64,000 bases of DNA from assembly GCA_009602725.1 (NCBI GenBank), contig WELB01000019.1, positions 927,438 to 991,437 of the forward strand. Direction: 5' to 3'. Positions 39,103 to 61,521 of the stretch are shown piece by piece. Under the pieces are notes generated by a model that saw only the letters and a program-made list of their open reading frames with translations, made no database searches and was not told the origin of the DNA. Each line of letters starts with the position of its first letter. Position 1 is the first letter of the stretch. Source of the stretch: Spirogloea muscicola (lineage: Eukaryota). The position numbers and the translations under genes are program-made.

Positions 39103-40727
39103 TGCCCGCTAGCGGGCCGCAGCGACGACTCCCAGTGCATGGCGGCCGTCGTTCAGCGTCTCAGAGTTCGCCCGCCTGCCGACCATGGCCGCATCCTCGC
39201 CAGCCCAATGGCCGGCCGCTGCGCCGTCTGCTCTCGCTGGCCGCCCCAGCGACGGCCGTCACAGGCGGCGCTCCATACGACCAAGGTCGGCTTGGGCAAT
39301 GCGTCAGCTCTTCCGTGGAGTTGCCTAATGCTGAATTGATCCAAGAGCTAGCAGCGGTGGAGCGGTGGAGGCGACGCATGCGCTAGGAGGGCAAGCTCTT
39401 CACTGACAGTCAGACGGTTCTGGGCTCGGAGCTACCAAGCGTAGATGAGCTTGACACCTGCATGTACGGACTTATCACAAGACTCATAGACTCAAAATCG
39501 TGCAGTGTTGCTTACTATTGCCAATTCATGGACGGGGTGGTCCTTGAAGAAAGCACGTTGCTGGCAGCAATGAAAGAGCTATTCTTACACCACAGCGCAA
39601 CGCCACCAGGCAGGTACCACACTACCCTCTGCTCCAAAGGCAGCCAATTGCATCTTGTATCAACAGCTTATGTTTGACATATTTGGTGTGTCATCTGTTT
39701 TAAACCCAACAGCGCTGCCAAATTGACTGGTGGCTGTGAGAGGCCAGCCCAAAGGATTGGACACGGTCTGAAGGAGCCGGATGGCGAAGGCGAACTGTTC
39801 CAAAGGCTATTTGCATCTTGTCTCAATTGCTCATATCTGACAAAGCTGATGTGTCAGAGGGCAAGCCTCAATCTAGTCTGGAGCAAGCCCAAAGAATCTT
39901 CGCATAAGGAGTGATTCTTCTATAAGACAAGGTCTTTTCATTGTGTGTCAACCTGCGTAGAGTCGTCAACACCCTTGCATTACAAGCAGGCAGTATCTAC
40001 ACATCGTGGACCCCTCCTCTTGTAGGAACTCACAATGGATACTACCTTAGGCCTGCCGGTCGATGCTGAATGTCAGATAGCATGTCATCAACTACGATGT
40101 TTGTGTAACTCCTCTGTTGTGGAGGAAGTGAAGAGACCTGAACAGTGATAAGACATTGCTAGGTAAAATACGCAGTCCAGCTGCAAATGACACGTGTCAT
40201 CAAAGAGGGGCTCATGGCCAGCTCATACGCAGTATTACTATATCTTTGTTACAGTAGGGGTGGAGGTCATAGAGCTATAGCAATAGCTATATCACTTTTA
40301 TCTCTTGTATCTCCAGCCACCGCCCTCTCCTGGAAGCGTCTTTCTCTCTTTATCTCCTATATGCATGTGATATCCGGTAAATGCTGACCGAAACCTTGAA
40401 AGCGTCAACATTCTCATCTCCGTCATGAATGTTGCAGTCTAGAGCTGTACCCAAGAAGTACACTCGGCTCTTCTTTGATTACACAAGCAACAAGTGAGTG
40501 AAGTAATAAGTGAGTGACATCACAGCAGTGAAAGTGGAGATGGGTAAAGGCACCCATTAGAGCCCTGGTGCAAGATTATGGGCTGCCTTCTTGCTTGTTG
40601 GCACATTCTTCAAACCCAGATTCCGGGATCACGCGAGCTACTTCAAATTGCAGGCTTCAGGGAAGGGGCAAATGTTGTGGACGGCCTGAAAGAATGCGCA
40701 TGATGCTGGGATAGGCCGATGCCAACA

Positions 40728-41282
40728 GAAGAAAGTGCTCTCCCATTGAGATAGGGGCTGGAAAAGCCAGCCCAGAATAAAATCAACAAAGGACGAGAAG
40801 AGGGCCAGGGGAAGCGCTAAGAAAAACAAGCACACCAAGAAACAAAGCAGCTACGGATCACTCAGTAACCCCTGCTAAGCAGCCTCAGGTCAGAGACGCT
40901 AGGCTCCTGGAAGTGGTGTCCCCTGGCCAGAGCCAGTCTAAATGACCGGAGCGGGACAGAGGAGGCCAACCAACAAGATGGTGTAGGCTGTACCCATCAC
41001 GTGGATAGGCAAACCCAACAGCGGGTAAGAGCAGCTGGACTCCAAAGAAAGTGCAGGGAGTCATAGAAGAAAGTGCTCGCCCATTGAGAATAGGGGCTGG
41101 AAAACCCAGCCCAAAAAAGAATGAACAGAGTACGAGAAGGGGGCCAGGGGAAGCGCTAAAAAACAGAAACAGAGCAGCTACGAATCACTCAGTAACCTCT
41201 GCTAAGCAGCCGCAGGTCGGAGATGCTAGGCTCGTTGAAGTGGGTCCCCTAGCCAGAGCCAGAGGCAGCAGCGAGGGCTCTG
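40728..41282 (-). mobile_element. Two 3'-end copies of the family-B CRE-like element (~40728-40935 and ~41066-41282)
   Basis: Similar to 42590-42802: DLRLLSRGY*, GGGCTGG..CCAGCCC hairpin, and CTCAATGGG(A/C)GAGCACTTTCTTCT end. Confidence 0.85.
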
Positions 41283-41865
41283 CAACCTCAGTCAGAGCTG
41301 ACTGTAGCTAGCTGCACCGGTCCACCAATGCAAGGATCAAAGCTTGCCGCCTGGGCGGCAGCGTAGTAAATGGATCAGCACGTTGTCAACACACAACAAA
41401 GGGACTTTTGTTCACCAGTGCTGGCTTCAGCGCATGCATAGAGCGTACTAGTGGCATAACAGTCAGCGGATACTCTCGTCCTAGGCGTTCAAATAGCAAG
41501 TTCACACCATGCCGCTTAAATACCCACAAAAGTGATAGGGAGGGGCACTCACTTCTCCCTTTTCCTTTGTACGAGCCCTTTCCGGCGCGTCGATGCAGTC
41601 TTGGTAGGTTGGGACGTTGGCGGCTGCAGGCAATCCCGAATCCGGTGGCCCTTCTGGTCGCAGCGATTCGAAGACCCAAAGGTCACTCACTCCTTCTGTA
41701 ACGAAGTTACACAAATGGAACATCATTATCATGGGAATGATAGCTGGAGGGTTTTGAGGCCCTTCGTTGAGGAGGCCAACCACCTCACCAGTTGAGCGAA
41801 GGACGACGCGCGATGAATGGAGAAAGCGCAAACCTGAACTTCCAACGCGCGACGGCGGCACAAGC

Positions 41866-42802
41866 AGAAGAAAGTGCTCGCCCATTGAGAATAGGGGCTG
41901 GAACAACCAGCCCGAAAAAGAATGAACAGAGTACGAGAAGGGGGCCAGGGGAAGCGCTAAGTAACAGAAACAAAGCTGCTACGAGACACTCAGTAACCCC
42001 TGCTAAGCAGCCGCAGATCAGAGATGCTGGGCTCCTGGAAGTGGGTCCCCTGGCCAGAGCCAGAGGCAGCAGCGAGGGCTCTGCCGGCACGAAGGTGCAG
42101 CGCCCTGGCCATGGACCTCTGCAGCGAGACGGCCAGGCGCATTCGATACACACACAAGCCCCATCTTGGAATCTGAACTTGTAGTGTTAGAACTCTACTA
42201 GTATTAGTATTAGGCACGGGTCTCCGCAATCGGCGGCGACTCCAGCGGCGGAGGCGCCGGCCACGGGCGGCCACTCCGTGAGGGCTTGTAGCACCACGGC
42301 TGGGTATGCGGTCGCCTGCGCTGCTCGGGCCAAAGAGCTGAAGTACGCGGATCATCCGCGGGAAGACGAGTTCTTCCCGTTGGCCATCGACACACATGGG
42401 GCGCTGGGCGCTCGGTGGCTCGAGCTGAGCTGCTCACCCAGCTCGCCCGCCACACCAACGCCCGGCGCTTCCATGGGGAGCCGGTTGACTTCCCTGCAGC
42501 CGGGTCGCTGGCGCAAGTGTATCGAATGCGCCTGGCCGTCTCGCTGCAGAGGTCCATGGCCCGGGCGCTGCACCTTCGTGCCGGCAGAGCCCTCGCTGCT
42601 GCCTCTGGCTCTGGCCAGGGGACCCACTTCCAGGAGCCCAGCATCTCTGATCTGCGGCTGCTTAGCAGGGGTTACTGAGTGTCTCGTAGCAGCTTTGTTT
42701 CTGTTACTTAGCGCTTCCCCTGGCCCCCTTCTCGTACTCTGTTCATTCTTTTTCGGGCTGGTTGTTCCAGCCCCTATTCTCAATGGGCGAGCACTTTCTT
42801 CT
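41866..42802. mobile_element. Head-to-head pair of family-B CRE-like copies (minus 41866-42151, plus ~42286-42802) forming a 286-bp inverted repeat
   Basis: 41866-42151 is the reverse complement of 42517-42802, with one mismatch found (42106/42562). The plus copy reads ARAKELKYADHPREDEFFPLAIDTHGALG..YRMRLAVSLQRSMARALH..DLRLLSRGY*, with an AGCTG duplication causing a frameshift at ~42425. Confidence 0.9.
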
Positions 42803-44109
42803 TGTAGCAAGTGGCCGGGCGCTTAATAATCCCATGAGGCCGGATCTTTCTTTCTTCCGGAGGCAGGGCTCCGCGAATTCTCGATGGGTACTTAGACAGT
42901 GGAACGATAGACCAGTTGTTTCTTACATCACCCCCGCCCGAAGACGCCAGTGTGACGAGTTGTTTACAACTCGATCGTTATATTATTGCCCTGTCTTGAC
43001 CCAATGATTGTTTGGCTCGGACCTTTGCTTTGCGACACCAACGCCTTCGGCCTCAAGGAAAGCGCTTGACGATCCTCATTTCTTACACCTTCTGCAAGGG
43101 GTCAAGAGGGCCACAATTTACTTGCCAGCAACAAGGGCCACCGAGCTCCTTCTCCCACACCGACTTGCTACCAGCACCCAGGCGACCTACCTTGGAAGGT
43201 CGCTGCCGGCCAGCTTTCCTGCAAAGTCTGCTGCCACTGAAGTTAACAAGAGAAGAAAGCGCGGCCAGATTGACTGGTGGCTGGGAAAGGCCAGCCCAAA
43301 AGAATGGACAAGGTCTGAGGGAGCTTGAGTGGGAGGAGGAGGGGAGTTAACAAGAGGGGGAGGAGGGAGCAAGCCACTCTTGACGGAGAGCTGAGCCATC
43401 GCCTGAGCCACTGGTGAGCCATGCCCAGACACCTGGATCTCAGCGCTCAGTGGGCTCCAAGAGCGCAGTAGCGGTGAGTCAAATCAACAGGTTATGGGCC
43501 GACCGGTTGCAGCTGCAATTTCTTCACACTTATATGTGAGCTGCGCTCCAAGCCTTATGCTTCATATCAATGGCTGGACAACTTTTTCTCACAGATTACT
43601 GAATCCAAGTCAGCACATGGTTAGCTGCAGTGGAGGATGCCAATAAGGATTGTGGCTCTTGACCTGTGGCTACGTAGCTGCATGGTAGCCCCCCTGCCCT
43701 CTGTTTATCTGGTGGCTGTATTATGCAGATCTTCATTCTGCTGGCCACCAATGCCCACGTGGCGGCCTTTGTGTCTCAGTGGCTGGAGCTGTTGCTGCGA
43801 AGTGGCTCATGGAACGTTGGCACAGTGGCACAGTGGCAAGTCACAAAAAGGCGAACATCCGGGCTTCATTCCAAGTCTCTGGCCTTTCTTCAGCGCATGA
43901 GTATCTCTGCTTGCTGCAGCAATGCCAGGACTTGCATGCAGGCTAGGCGTGCGCTATTTGCAGCCGCAAAATGTGGCAGGGTGCTTGGATGCTTTTCTTG
44001 ATGCATTCGACCTGTGGCTGACTAGGAACTGTAGAGTCGATTAAGGCAGCGCTCAATCGCTTGTATGGGCATCCTTTGTGGCCCCGCAATGGGCACGCAC
44101 TTTCTTCTT

Positions 44110-45100
44110 TGTGGCCTCGCTTCACAAGCCAATGCCTCTTGTGCCAACTCCTGGAAGCGTCTTTCTTCTTGTGGGAGCTCAATTTCTATCTCCTGCCTGC
44201 CCCCTCCCTTTGCAATCCACAACGCTCTCAGAATCAGCCCCGAAGCATTCCGGACGCTTCTCCAGCTGTTCCTTGGCCTGCCCCCGACCTGCCTGATTGA
44301 AGTAACTCAGTGTGAGTGCAGCTTCCGTGCGGAGGGCGGAGACCTTGCCACCCACATGCTGCGGTGTCCCACAGGCCCTGAGGAGGTGGGCGTCCATAAT
44401 ATCCTATGGAACGCCCTGGCGGACCTGATGCGCGACGCTGGCTACCGCGCCAATGTGGAAGTAAGCAATATAATGCCCATCACCACGGACTCCCAGGAAC
44501 GCCATCACCGTCGCACCCTGGACATTGTGGGTGTACAACCTGGCGGAGGCCCACGAGCCTTGGTTGATGTGGTGGTGACGGAGGCATACAAGAGTTCCGC
44601 TTCGACGCAAATTGCTAGCCACGCAGTAGGAGCTGCTGAGCAGAGAAAGCCCCGACACTACTCTGACTATTCCCGCTGCGATCACCTCCTACCGGCGGCA
44701 ACCGACGCTCTCGGCTGCATGGGCCCTCGCTTCCACACCTTACTGGAAGATATTGCAAGTTTGGGATACGCTCATCGTGAGGTTATGCTTCCAGCTCAGA
44801 TGGGCATGCCGGCAGCCTACTTGTCATTCTTGCGACTTCGAGTGTCAGCTTGTCTGCAGCGAGCTCAGGCTTGTACGTTGCATCAGATAGCTGGTCGAGC
44901 CTTAGCTGGTAGCTCGAGCTTGTCGAGTGCCGTCCGGTATTCGGGCATCAGTTAGCGACCTCTATGTGCTAACTCGTGGTGACTGAGCGGCTTAGGGTCA
45001 GCTTAGCAGCAGGTGACGTACATTTGTCAATGTGCTTACCTTTGTAATTGGCCACACATGGCCCTCCATCTCTTAGTACACACTCATTCTTTCCTGCACA
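44110..45100 (+). mobile_element. Longest CRE-like copy (family A): post-RT linker, CCHC zinc knuckle and restriction-like endonuclease; no RT domain (5'-truncated)
   Basis: ORF 44065-44955: AFRTLLQLFLGLP..QCECS..HMLRC..HN..RRTLDIVG..VDVVVTE..AAEQRKPRHY..PAATDALGCMG..LRVSACLQRAQA, the typical CRE-clade RLE layout. Confidence 0.88.
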
Positions 45101-45299
45101 ACTCCTCTCGAGTTTTTGTGCTGCCCCCTAAGAGCGACTGCCCATCCGGAGAAGACTAACGCCCCCGCCGATCATCCTCATTGTCGCTCCAAAGCCCGCC
45201 AAGTTGACATTGCGTGCGCCCATGCTTGGGTGACAAAGGCTGCGCTGACTGGTTGTTTTGGGGGCTGGCCGATTCCAGCACCTCCGTGTCTCGACTAAC

Positions 45300-45790
45300 G
45301 TGTTTTGCAGTGTTTTGTAGTGGAGTCCTTTTTCGGCTGCTCTTTCTTTGGCTTCAGACATTGTCCATTCTTTTTGGGCTGGCTTTGCCAGCCCCTCTTC
45401 TCTATGGGCGAGCACTTCTTTCTTTCAGCGGCCGCAGCCGTCGAAAGGGGCGGGCGCCATAGCTGCGGCGGCCAAGCTTTGGCCCCCTTCTCGAACTTTG
45501 TTCGTTCTTTTCTGGGCTGGCATTTCAAGCCCCTATCCTCAATGGGCGAGCACTGTCTCCTTTGTGTTAAATTCCACTGCAGGAATTCGCTATAGTCAGG
45601 TGCTCAGGGTGTCGATAAGGGGGAGGAAAGTGGCTCTCTCAGGGAACAGCCAGGCCGATGAGAATAACAAGGTCCGTAGGGGCCGAAAAGCGCTGAAAGA
45701 CAAGACTAAGCAAGGGCATTGTAGGGTACTGACTCAGTAATCTCTAGTTAGTAGCCGCGCAGTCAGGAGTACTAGGGTGAGGGGACTCCG
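45300..45790. mobile_element. Further CRE-like 3' ends: two plus-strand tails (~45300-45560) and one minus-strand copy (~45620-45790)
   Basis: GGGCTGGCTTTGCCAGCCC..ATGGGCGAGCACTTCTT at 45376-45420, a variant at ~45514-45555, and on the minus strand RLLTRDY* followed by GAGAGCCACTTTCC. Confidence 0.7.
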
Positions 45791-46411
45791 AAGCTTCCGA
45801 GCAAACGTGGGCGCCTGGTTACCTGACGGTGGGGGGGTCCGGACGGCGGAATCAATTACTGGGCGCCCATTCGCCGGCTGTCCTCCGCCCGTCCGATGTC
45901 GCCAGATCCAAAACCGCAAGCTCATTGGCGGAGTCTCAAGGAGCCCCGCGGGCCCAACACGTGGCCCGCTGGCTGGCCATCGGACGGCTGGAAGGCGGCC
46001 AGGCGCATCGGGCGGCCGGCAGGCGCCCGCGACACGGGGGCGGCCCGTGCCCTCGCCGTTCCTGCGCCGTTTCAAAAGGAACTGCCGATGCTCGGATGTG
46101 GCTGCAAGTAAAACTGCCATTTTGTAGATACTTGTACATTGACACGGACAGCTAGTAAACAGTCCGACAAATAGAGAACCTGTGTCCCCGACAACGAGCC
46201 TCGGCTTCCGCAAGACCGTACGGGAAAGAATGGTTTCTCAGTTTTGGTGGTTTGGAGAGAATCGAACCCTTGACCGCAAAGAATCGAACCCTCGCCCTAG
46301 CCCGCGCAAGGCGCGCCACCCGCCCCGCCGCGACGCCCGCCGCGGAACCCGGCGCGCGCCGCGGGGCCCGGNNNNNNNNNNNNNNNNNNNNNNNNNNNNN
46401 NNNNNNNNNNN

Positions 46412-49301
46412 GGCGTCGGCGGGCGGCGGCGGCGGCGCCGGCGGCGGTGGCGGCGGCAGCGGAAGCGGCGCCGAGGAGGACTCGGCGAAGAAGATCAGGA
46501 AGCCATACACCATCACCAAGTCGCGCGAGAGCTGGACCGAGCAGGAGCACGACAAGTTCCTGGAGGCGCTGCACCTGTGAGTCGCAGCCCCGTGGCCGCA
46601 GGTTCGCGCCATGGCGGCGGTGCCGTCGTGCCGTGCGGCGCAGCCTCGGGACGGCGGCCTCCACAGATAGCTTCGATCATGGCGCTCCAGACCATGGTGC
46701 TCCAGACCCCGGGCATCGCTCGTGGCTGTCGCGGCCGCGCCGCCCGAGGAGCGCAGAGACGCATGGCATAAGGTCTAACGCTGCTGCACATGCGGCGCAG
46801 GTTCGACCGGGATTGGAAAAAGATTGAGGCCTTCATAGGGTCCAAGACCGTCATCCAGGTCAGCCTATGCTGCTGGGGCGACCAGCATCGTCCGTTTCAC
46901 GGCAGCCCTGCTTTGGCGTTCACATACTGCTGGATAATGCCAGGTGTCAGGCTCCAATCCAGTGGGCCCTAGCAGGATGTATTATGTCTTGTGCAGATTG
47001 TTGACTCTCACCACGGCGGTGCAACCTCTGCAAATGTGCAGATTCGTAGCCACGCCCAGAAGTACTTTCTCAAGGTCCAGAAGGCCGGCACTGGCGAGCA
47101 TGTTCCGCCTCCCAGGCCCAAGCGCAAATCTTCTCAGCCGTATCCGCAGAAAGCTATCAAGGCTGGTGAGCCCCTGACCCTTCGGCATTCCCAGGCCCTT
47201 CAGCACTCTCAGCATCTTGGAGGCCAAGTTACATGAGACTCCCAGACGTCAATTTTCGGTTGCTCCGTTATCCTCCCGACAAAGAGTTAGTAGCAAGCAT
47301 GAACATTGCCGGTGCACTTGAGTTGGAATCGTGGTCTGCTGCTGCATGCTCGTAGCTTCTTAAAGCTTTCAGGAATGAACATAAGAAGCTATCAGGAATG
47401 AACTAATTGATGCCGTAGCTTGGGCGAATATCATTTGGGTTTCCAAGAAAACTATGCTATGTCAGCAATTGATTGCATTCATAGCACATTGGTGATGTTC
47501 TTTACGAGTCCCTGTCTAGGCTGGTCATCTGACATCAGTGGCATCATTACTGACCCTCCATCACCCTGCCTGTGGTCCTGTGCGCTGACATGGGTCAGCA
47601 TCCTCCTCCTCCACAGCGGCCCCGCCACTGTCCTCGCAGCAGCATATTCCCCACCAGATGGTGGGGCCCAACTCGCCGGTGGCAAGTGGGTCATATCCGA
47701 GGGGCCAGCATCCCTATCTCATCAATGGCTCCAACATGTCCATGGCAACCTCCACTGGGTCGACATGGTTGCACCATGGGGGTGCATCTCCTGACCCCTT
47801 CGGTTACGCGTCTGCTGATGGTCAGCACCTCATGAGCATCCTTGTAGCATCCTTGAGCATGCAAAGGCTATCACTTGTTGCGTACTTGTGGGAGATGCGT
47901 TCTCTTCCATTGCAACATCACCGAGCTCTACACCATGCTGCTACCACATCTTGGCCCAAATTTGCTTAAAGTGTACGTCTGACCCTTTCTGAGTCCTGCA
48001 AATACTAATCGGCTCATTGCTTTGCAGGCGTCACAAGTGGATACACGGGACCGACTAATATGGATGTGTCTATGGGGGGAGCACGGAGTCACAGTCTCAG
48101 CAGCGGAGCGTCCAGCATGTGGCCGCAACAGGTAATGCAGAAAGTGCTTTTCTTAAGAATTGCGGGCGTGATGGACCGACTCTGTTGCTTAATCTCTCGG
48201 TTTGTGACTCTTCATGACAGGCTGGTCATGTCCACATCACATTCTTGCTGACACAGTGCAATTCATGTGACATCTTGCAGGTCTTACGAACAGAAGTGAC
48301 CGGAATAGAGTCTTCCGCTCGAGGTAAGTGATTACCTTGCCTTGCTCATCCTAGTTGAAATGCCTGACCTGGAACATGGACTTGCACTTGCCTAAGTCGA
48401 TGAAGTGTCTTACACTCCGTTTGTGACATTTGCAGCAACACCGAATTTTGCGGACGTCTATAATTTCATTGGCGATGTCTTTGATCCGTCCAAGCAGCAG
48501 CGAAGCCATCTAAGAAGTTTACAGGAGATGGCTGCTATTGATCGGGAGACGGTATGTTCTTCAGTGGACTAAGTCATGCTCCTGACATTTCTTGATCCCT
48601 GCTCCCTGCACATATCTGCATCAGTTTACATGGAGTGGATGTCAGGCACTTGCATGACTGACAGTCCTTTGAACATGCAGGTGCTTCTCCTTATGAAGAA
48701 TCTGACAATAAACCTTTCCAGTCCAGACTTTGAGGAACAAGTGGGTACTCCAACATCCTTGGCAAAGCTGCCTGTTCAGTATGCTCTTGTCATTGATTAC
48801 TTTCGCATTCCTTCGGGAGCCTAATTCGCAGGATGCAGTGCATGCGAGTCACAGTGCTCTTTGTGACACGTCTTGTCATGGCCTCATTTTGCAGCGGCTT
48901 TTCCTATCAGTGTATGATAGCAATGTCAGTCCCACATCACGGGGTGTCGCGCAGGGCAGCCATGCAGGTGTTGAGAGCCCTGGCACCAGGGTGAGTGCAA
49001 ATAGAAGCTCCAGGAATGTCTGACATACCTTTGGCACACCTTACATTTGCTATATTTCATATGCCGCAAGCTCACTTAAATCTGCAGTGTTTGACCCACT
49101 CCAATCAACGAGCCTGATGCATGTTTGAGGGTGTGGCAGGATGGTTTGGACCACGCTAGCGTGCACCTGCGACTTTGTGACCCACTTGTCATGCAAGAAT
49201 CTCAAGATGGCGCGGCGGACATGGAGTGCCCGCCAATGGCAACCTGCTTGGCCCTGGAGCTACCCAGAGACTCCATCAAGCTGGAAATGCTGGAGACATG
49301 A
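46412..49301 (+). CDS. RVE: REVEILLE (RVE4/6/8, LCL clade) single-MYB clock transcription factor; start in or near the gap
   Basis: [77 protein letters not shown], and LCL domain [41 protein letters not shown]. Confidence 0.95.
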
Positions 49302-50795
49302 CAGCTGTGATCCATGCCTTCGAGCAATCGGCATGGACATACCCAGAGATACAAGTCAATGGCACAGATACCCAGGCCTTTTGAATTCAACAGGTGGTGC
49401 AGGAAGCTGTCCCAGCTGGTGCTTGATACAGACAGTGTTTCCTTAAGATGGACTGATATTCCAGTTAGCTGTCGAGGGGCTGTCCGAGGTGCAGGGCTAC
49501 GGAAGTGCTGTCCAGGCCTATGCAACTTTCCGCTCTGTGTGGACGTGCTGTCTGCAGGCGGTGGCTCGGAGTTGTGGTGACTGATATGGTCGTTGTAGGC
49601 AGAGGTTACAGGATGCTGTATATTATCTCTGGCTGTACTGCGTGCTGCAGCAGATGCCAGATATCTGTGAATTCTTTTATTTATGCTTACACATACTTAA
49701 TCCTCTCTGTAACATACTTGCCATTGCAACATGCTGAGCTGGAATTTCTTGGGCAATGTATTCATGCTGAAATTGCATGTTGTGGGCGGCCTTGACGGAT
49801 GTCAGGTATGGACATCAAATAGTGGTTGCCTTGGGCTGCTGCACTCTGCTTGTGCAGCTATGAGTCCGCTTAGCCAAGAACCTCGACCTAAGGGCCAGTT
49901 CTTCTGCAGGTAAACATCAAGCGAGAGCAGCAGTGAGTGGCTTGCATTAAAATGGTGCAACAGCTCTTCCAATACAAGGCAGGGGCTGTGAATAGCCAGC
50001 CCGAAAAGAAGAGGGTATTATCCAAATACATCTGCGTACATAGTAAAGGTGGTGCTTAACACCGTCAACACGACACAGTACCGCAGGCCCTTGGGCGTGG
50101 AAGGAATCTGCAGCCTCCAGCCCCGCTCTGTGAGCAGCACCCATGTGCATCAAGTAATTACTTGATGCATATTCGCTTCCGGTTACTTGAATGAAGCTCT
50201 TTACAACCAGAGTGGCCGAGCTCGCTCTTTTTTGTACTTGGCCATTTGGCCTACATTTGTTTCTTATGCACGGAATTTCCCTTCCGCTTTAAGGACAGCT
50301 GCAGCCTATGCAATGAAATAGTGCGGCGTGAGTGCAGCCGACGTTTTCAGGAGGACTACTCTTTGCCGCTCCGCTTACTGGACGTGCACGCCAGATTACC
50401 TCTGTATGCACTCGGCTGGCTTTCACACCCGCCGTTGTTATCAGCAGCTGCACTCTCTCTCTCTCTCTTAATCGTCAGAACACGTTTGCTCGTGAATGAG
50501 TAAATCGATTTACCCTGCATCCAACTGCTTTGCGGTCTCGTAGACTGGCTCCTCAAGCCAACAACTAAGCACCATTTACACTATCCCTCTAGTTCTGGAT
50601 CACAACCATCGCTATCTACTGGAAGAGTCTTTCTGGACACCTGGGGCCCCCACAGGCTCCCTAGCAATCCTCCAGGTTGGCTGCCGTGAAGCCAGTGTGT
50701 AACTGAGACGGTGGTGTGAACTCCAGGATGAGGGCCCCGTTAACCTAACGGTATTCTTAACAGTGGGTCGAGTTGCTGCACAGTCACTTGGCGCA

Positions 50796-60342
<9,547 letters not shown>

Positions 60343-61521
60343 GCAGCAGCAGGACGAAGCAAGGGCAGCCCCCTCAGAACACTGCGCTTGCTTATTTTTG
60401 TGGAGTGGGTCACTAACATAGCGGATCATGCGCATTCGGCTGTGGGCCTGAAGCTCTGGCTCTGACTTAAGGCTCACAGCTTAAGTGTGAGTTTCTTTCC
60501 ATTAACATTGGGAGGGCCTGTCCTGAATTGCATCTCCCCACTTGCGGGAGGACAAGGCTGCATACTTTTATTGCTTGCAGGCACACAGCCTAGCACCACA
60601 CAATTACTGCAGACAGCAGTTACAGTACCTGGTAATGGCGCTACAGCAAATGATTGATGCACCATGGCCTGCCCTGTAGCCGCCGCAGTAGATCACGTGT
60701 ACAGAAGTTTTGGGCTTAGTCGCGGAAGCCTTGGCAAGCCTGCGGATACAGACAGAGCTGTGGAGGAGGAAGGCAATGTGTACTGACTCAAAGAATGTTC
60801 ACAACATGAAAGTTCAGCTGGTCAGCTAAGCCAAGCACTACTATACCAACTTAGATTGATTGGGTGCTTAGGACCAGCTTCGCTGCAAAGCATCAGTCGT
60901 CTCACCTACCCCAAGGTGTGGCCTTCTGAGGCTCTCGAGGGCACAAGTGCTTGCAGAGTGCCCAGATAAGACATTTTGCAGCTCAACTTTGTATCTCTTA
61001 GCAGACACGTCTCTAAGCAGACATAAGAGTGTATCCAAATTGCCACTGAGCTTCCTCAGTGGTCAGCTTTTGGGTGTGTCGTTCCAACTGTGCTTCATGG
61101 GCTCAACTGCATGGTTGCCTGCAGCGGCATACACTGAACAGGGTGGGCAAAAGTTGAGTCGGTATAGTCGCCAGACGCTGCAATGGTGTCTGGCAACTCT
61201 TCTTGTGAATAGCTGGCCAGTCAGATATACCTATATCTATGCACATTGGACATGCTCTCTTCAATACAAGTGCTTCAGATACGAAATGGATACAGCTGAT
61301 GAGTCAACACATGCCGTACTTTAGTTGACAGGTATGAGGAAGGAAAGCCAATGAGGGAGTCAATGTCATGAACACTGCCGAGAAGAAGCTAGCAATTGTG
61401 CTAGCTTGCAGTCTGCTGGCAAGGTATACACAAGCTTCACAAATTTAGACAGTATGGCAATAAACGAATGCAGTAAAGGTGTTTTCTCAGTGTCAATGAG
61501 CAACAAAGCGCTCCTCTGATA

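Noticed and set aside
41300..41860. Short ORFs between family-B element copies
   Set aside because: No motif recognised in any frame.
43723..44001. Possible orphan exon (IFILLATNAHVAAFVSQWLELL...)
   Set aside because: No recognisable homology and no partner exons, so it cannot be supported.
45650..45700. Hammerhead-like CCGATGAG...stem...GAAA
   Set aside because: The core is CCGATGA rather than CTGATGA, the spacing is wrong, and the region is better explained as a minus-strand retroelement 3' UTR.
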